IMG/VR virus record: IMGVR_UViG_3300032319_000396
Location: 1 to 27,548 of that record
Length of the DNA: 27,548 bases
Reading direction: 5' to 3' (one strand)
From: a virus
Taxonomy: Duplodnaviria; Caudoviricetes
The translations under genes were made by a program, and so were the position numbers. Under the pieces are notes generated by a model that had not been told where the DNA came from, did not search any database, and worked only from the letters and a program-made list of their open reading frames with translations. How positions within the stretch are numbered: the stretch's first letter is position 1; each line of letters starts with the position of its first letter. This document shows positions 25,639 to 27,548 of this stretch, piece after piece.

Positions 25639-26378
25639 TCTTCGTATTTTTTTAATAATTTAGTTATCAAAGGATTACGAACAATATCGGAATCCTTAAA
25701 CTCAAAGATACCAACATCATTCATATTAGTAAATCTTTTAATTGCATCCCACAATCCTGTTTGAGTTTTGTCTCTATGTCTGTCAAATTGTTCTAAGTCA
25801 CCAGATATGAAAAATTTACTATTATAACCAATTCTAGTTAGTAATAGTTTCATTTGATTTGGAGTCGAATTTTGTGCTTCTTCAAACACTAATATGGAAT
25901 TATCGATATTCATACCTCTCATGTACGCAAGAGCAAATATTTCAATTACATCCATATCTTTAAGTTTCTCTCTTGCTTCTTTTCCAATTATTTTATTCAT
26001 TAGATAGTATGATGGGAATATGTATGGGTCAAGTTTTTCTTCGACATTTCCAGGAAGAGAACCTAATTTTTCTTCAGCCTCAACCGCTGGCCTAACAATA
26101 ATGATTTTTTCGTAAGAATTACTTGGGTCTGCCAATAAATCCATTGCCGCTTTCATGGCAATATAACTTTTACCAACACCTGCAGGTCCAGAACAAATTG
26201 TTATTTGATTTGAAATTAAAGTTTCATGATATATTCTTTGACTTTCCGATAAAAACTTTTCTTTAGGTTTTTTCTTAATAACCTGAAGTATTTGTTCTTT
26301 CTTAGTTAGATTTGGTTTATACTCAGTTTCTTTATCTTTTAGTGGTTGAGATGAACCTCTTTTTCTTCTTTCTGTCAT
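25635..26378 (-). CDS. phoH: PhoH-family ATPase
   Basis: GPAGVGKS Walker A, RPAVEAEEKLGSLPG, LAYMRG, FEEAQN, LLTRIG, SGDLEQFD, DIVRNPL. Confidence 0.96.
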   Translation of the reverse strand: MTERRKRGSSQPLKDKETEYKPNLTKKEQILQVIKKKPKEKFLSESQRIYHETLISNQITICSGPAGVGKSYIAMKAAMDLLADPSNSYEKIIIVRPAVEAEEKLGSLPGNVEEKLDPYIFPSYYLMNKIIGKEAREKLKDMDVIEIFALAYMRGMNIDNSILVFEEAQNSTPNQMKLLLTRIGYNSKFFISGDLEQFDRHRDKTQTGLWDAIKRFTNMNDVGIFEFKDSDIVRNPLITKLLKKYEE

Positions 26379-26388
26379 TTTTAATATT

Positions 26389-27114
26389 TTAATTTTTAAT
26401 TAAATTTTTATAAGAATTTAATAAATTTTTAGTTTGTGGTTGCCAATTACGAAATTGATTCATTTGGTCGTCAACATTAGTAATGTGATGAAGACCCAAT
26501 CTCAGATTTATATTACTTTTGGGTATGTTTTTTTGTATTTGTATTTTTCTTTTTAAGAATTCATCAGTCATAGGTGAGAATCCGTACCATAATATTAAAA
26601 AATTATTAGAGTGGTGGCCATCAAAATGTCTCCCTGTCGGATATTTTTTACTAAATTTTGATAATCTTCTTAATCTTCTAAAATGAATAATATAATCATC
26701 ATCAATTCCATAATATCTTTGTAAGATTAAATCTTTTTCTTTATCGGGTTCTTTAAATTTATTTTCCAAATGGTCAACCATTAAATAACTTCGTATTAAT
26801 ACATCTTCATTCATTTCATTATTTAATAAGTTAAAATCCCCAATTAAAAATTCAGTGATATTTAATACAATTCTCCATCCTTCTATTTTTGATTCTAATT
26901 CTTCAATTTCAGCGTCAACTAAAAAGGCATCAAAAAATTTATTCTTACTATCAATAATTTCCCAAGTAGGACAAATTTCTTTTATTATTTTTTTTGAATT
27001 ATCGGTAGAATTATAATCAACCATTATACCATGGTCAAAATATTTTTTATGATGGTTTAACCACCATGGAAGTAAATACTCTTCATTATAAAAATGAGAT
27101 AAAACTGTTTTCAT
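26389..27114 (-). CDS. Glycosyltransferase family 2-like protein
   Basis: FYNEEYLLPWWLNHH..FDHGIMVDYNSTDNS..II. Start placed at ATG 27114, 1 nt after the upstream stop. Confidence 0.8.
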   Translation of the reverse strand: MKTVLSHFYNEEYLLPWWLNHHKKYFDHGIMVDYNSTDNSKKIIKEICPTWEIIDSKNKFFDAFLVDAEIEELESKIEGWRIVLNITEFLIGDFNLLNNEMNEDVLIRSYLMVDHLENKFKEPDKEKDLILQRYYGIDDDYIIHFRRLRRLSKFSKKYPTGRHFDGHHSNNFLILWYGFSPMTDEFLKRKIQIQKNIPKSNINLRLGLHHITNVDDQMNQFRNWQPQTKNLLNSYKNLIKN

Positions 27115-27115
27115 A

Positions 27116-27523
27116 TTAATTGTGTACAAATAAAATACCACTTACTTTTATTGGGTTTGTTTGGATGCCTATTTTTTCAGCATAAATTCCATCAGCAAAT
27201 GAAACAAAATCAGTCCATGGAGTTTTTTTAATTAAGTCCATGTGAGTCATAAAAGAACCCATATCAATACCCCCGATTCTTATTGAGGTGTTTAATATAT
27301 TATAGTTATAATGACTATGTAAAGTATCACAATATACCATTTGGGTATTAAATAATTTTGCGGTTTCAACCATTCTTTGTAAAAAGATAGGGACATAGTA
27401 ATTATCTTCATTTGTGTATACTATCCAGTCTGCGTGAGGTTCCATCATAGATACATTATGTCTGTGATAAAAACCCCAATTTCCTTTATGTTCTAAATTA
27501 TCAATAAAAACTATTTTATACAA
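27116..27523 (-). CDS. GT-A glycosyltransferase-like protein, apparently N-terminally truncated
   Basis: GNWG..R..DWIVYTNEDNYYVP..MVYCD..IDMGSF..ADG..LFVHN. It lacks the usual N-terminal strands; TTG start with an in-frame stop at 27539-27541. Confidence 0.65.
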   Translation of the reverse strand: MYKIVFIDNLEHKGNWGFYHRHNVSMMEPHADWIVYTNEDNYYVPIFLQRMVETAKLFNTQMVYCDTLHSHYNYNILNTSIRIGGIDMGSFMTHMDLIKKTPWTDFVSFADGIYAEKIGIQTNPIKVSGILFVHN

Positions 27524-27548
27524 TATATAAAATAATTTTTATTTAATT

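Noticed and set aside
1-27548. Stop-codon reassignment, as in some large Bacteroidota phages
   Set aside because: Genes tile densely under code 11; TAG (terL) and TGA (first ORF, phoH) end genes at sensible points.

Overview
AT-rich (about 30% GC by eye) 27.5-kb fragment of a large T4-like tailed phage, probably infecting Bacteroidota. Host clues are a Bacteroidota-type bS21, a DUF4494-like gene, TTG-N20-TAnnTTT(G/A) promoters and SD-less leaders. The + strand (1-13.5 kb) is the head module: putative internal head proteins, large terminase, portal, prohead protease, scaffold and major capsid protein, with a ribosomal protein S21 gene inserted antisense. The - strand (16-27.5 kb) carries four glycosyltransferases, PhoH, a degenerate HAD protein, a gp55-like late sigma factor and baseplate/virion genes. 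The two arms converge on a small mixed island with an FKBP-type PPIase and an HNH-like nuclease. The most interesting signals are: (i) a sense-strand TATTTAT motif before nine genes, the reverse complement of the T4 late box; (ii) a glycosyltransferase operon coupled to the late sigma, plus a recurring [S/T]-[G/A]-x-[S/T] motif in virion proteins, suggesting virion glycosylation; (iii) modular head proteins punctuated by protease-type E sites; (iv) bS21 retaining Tyr54; (v) apparent complete GATC avoidance. All family calls are from motif recognition by eye; no searches were run.
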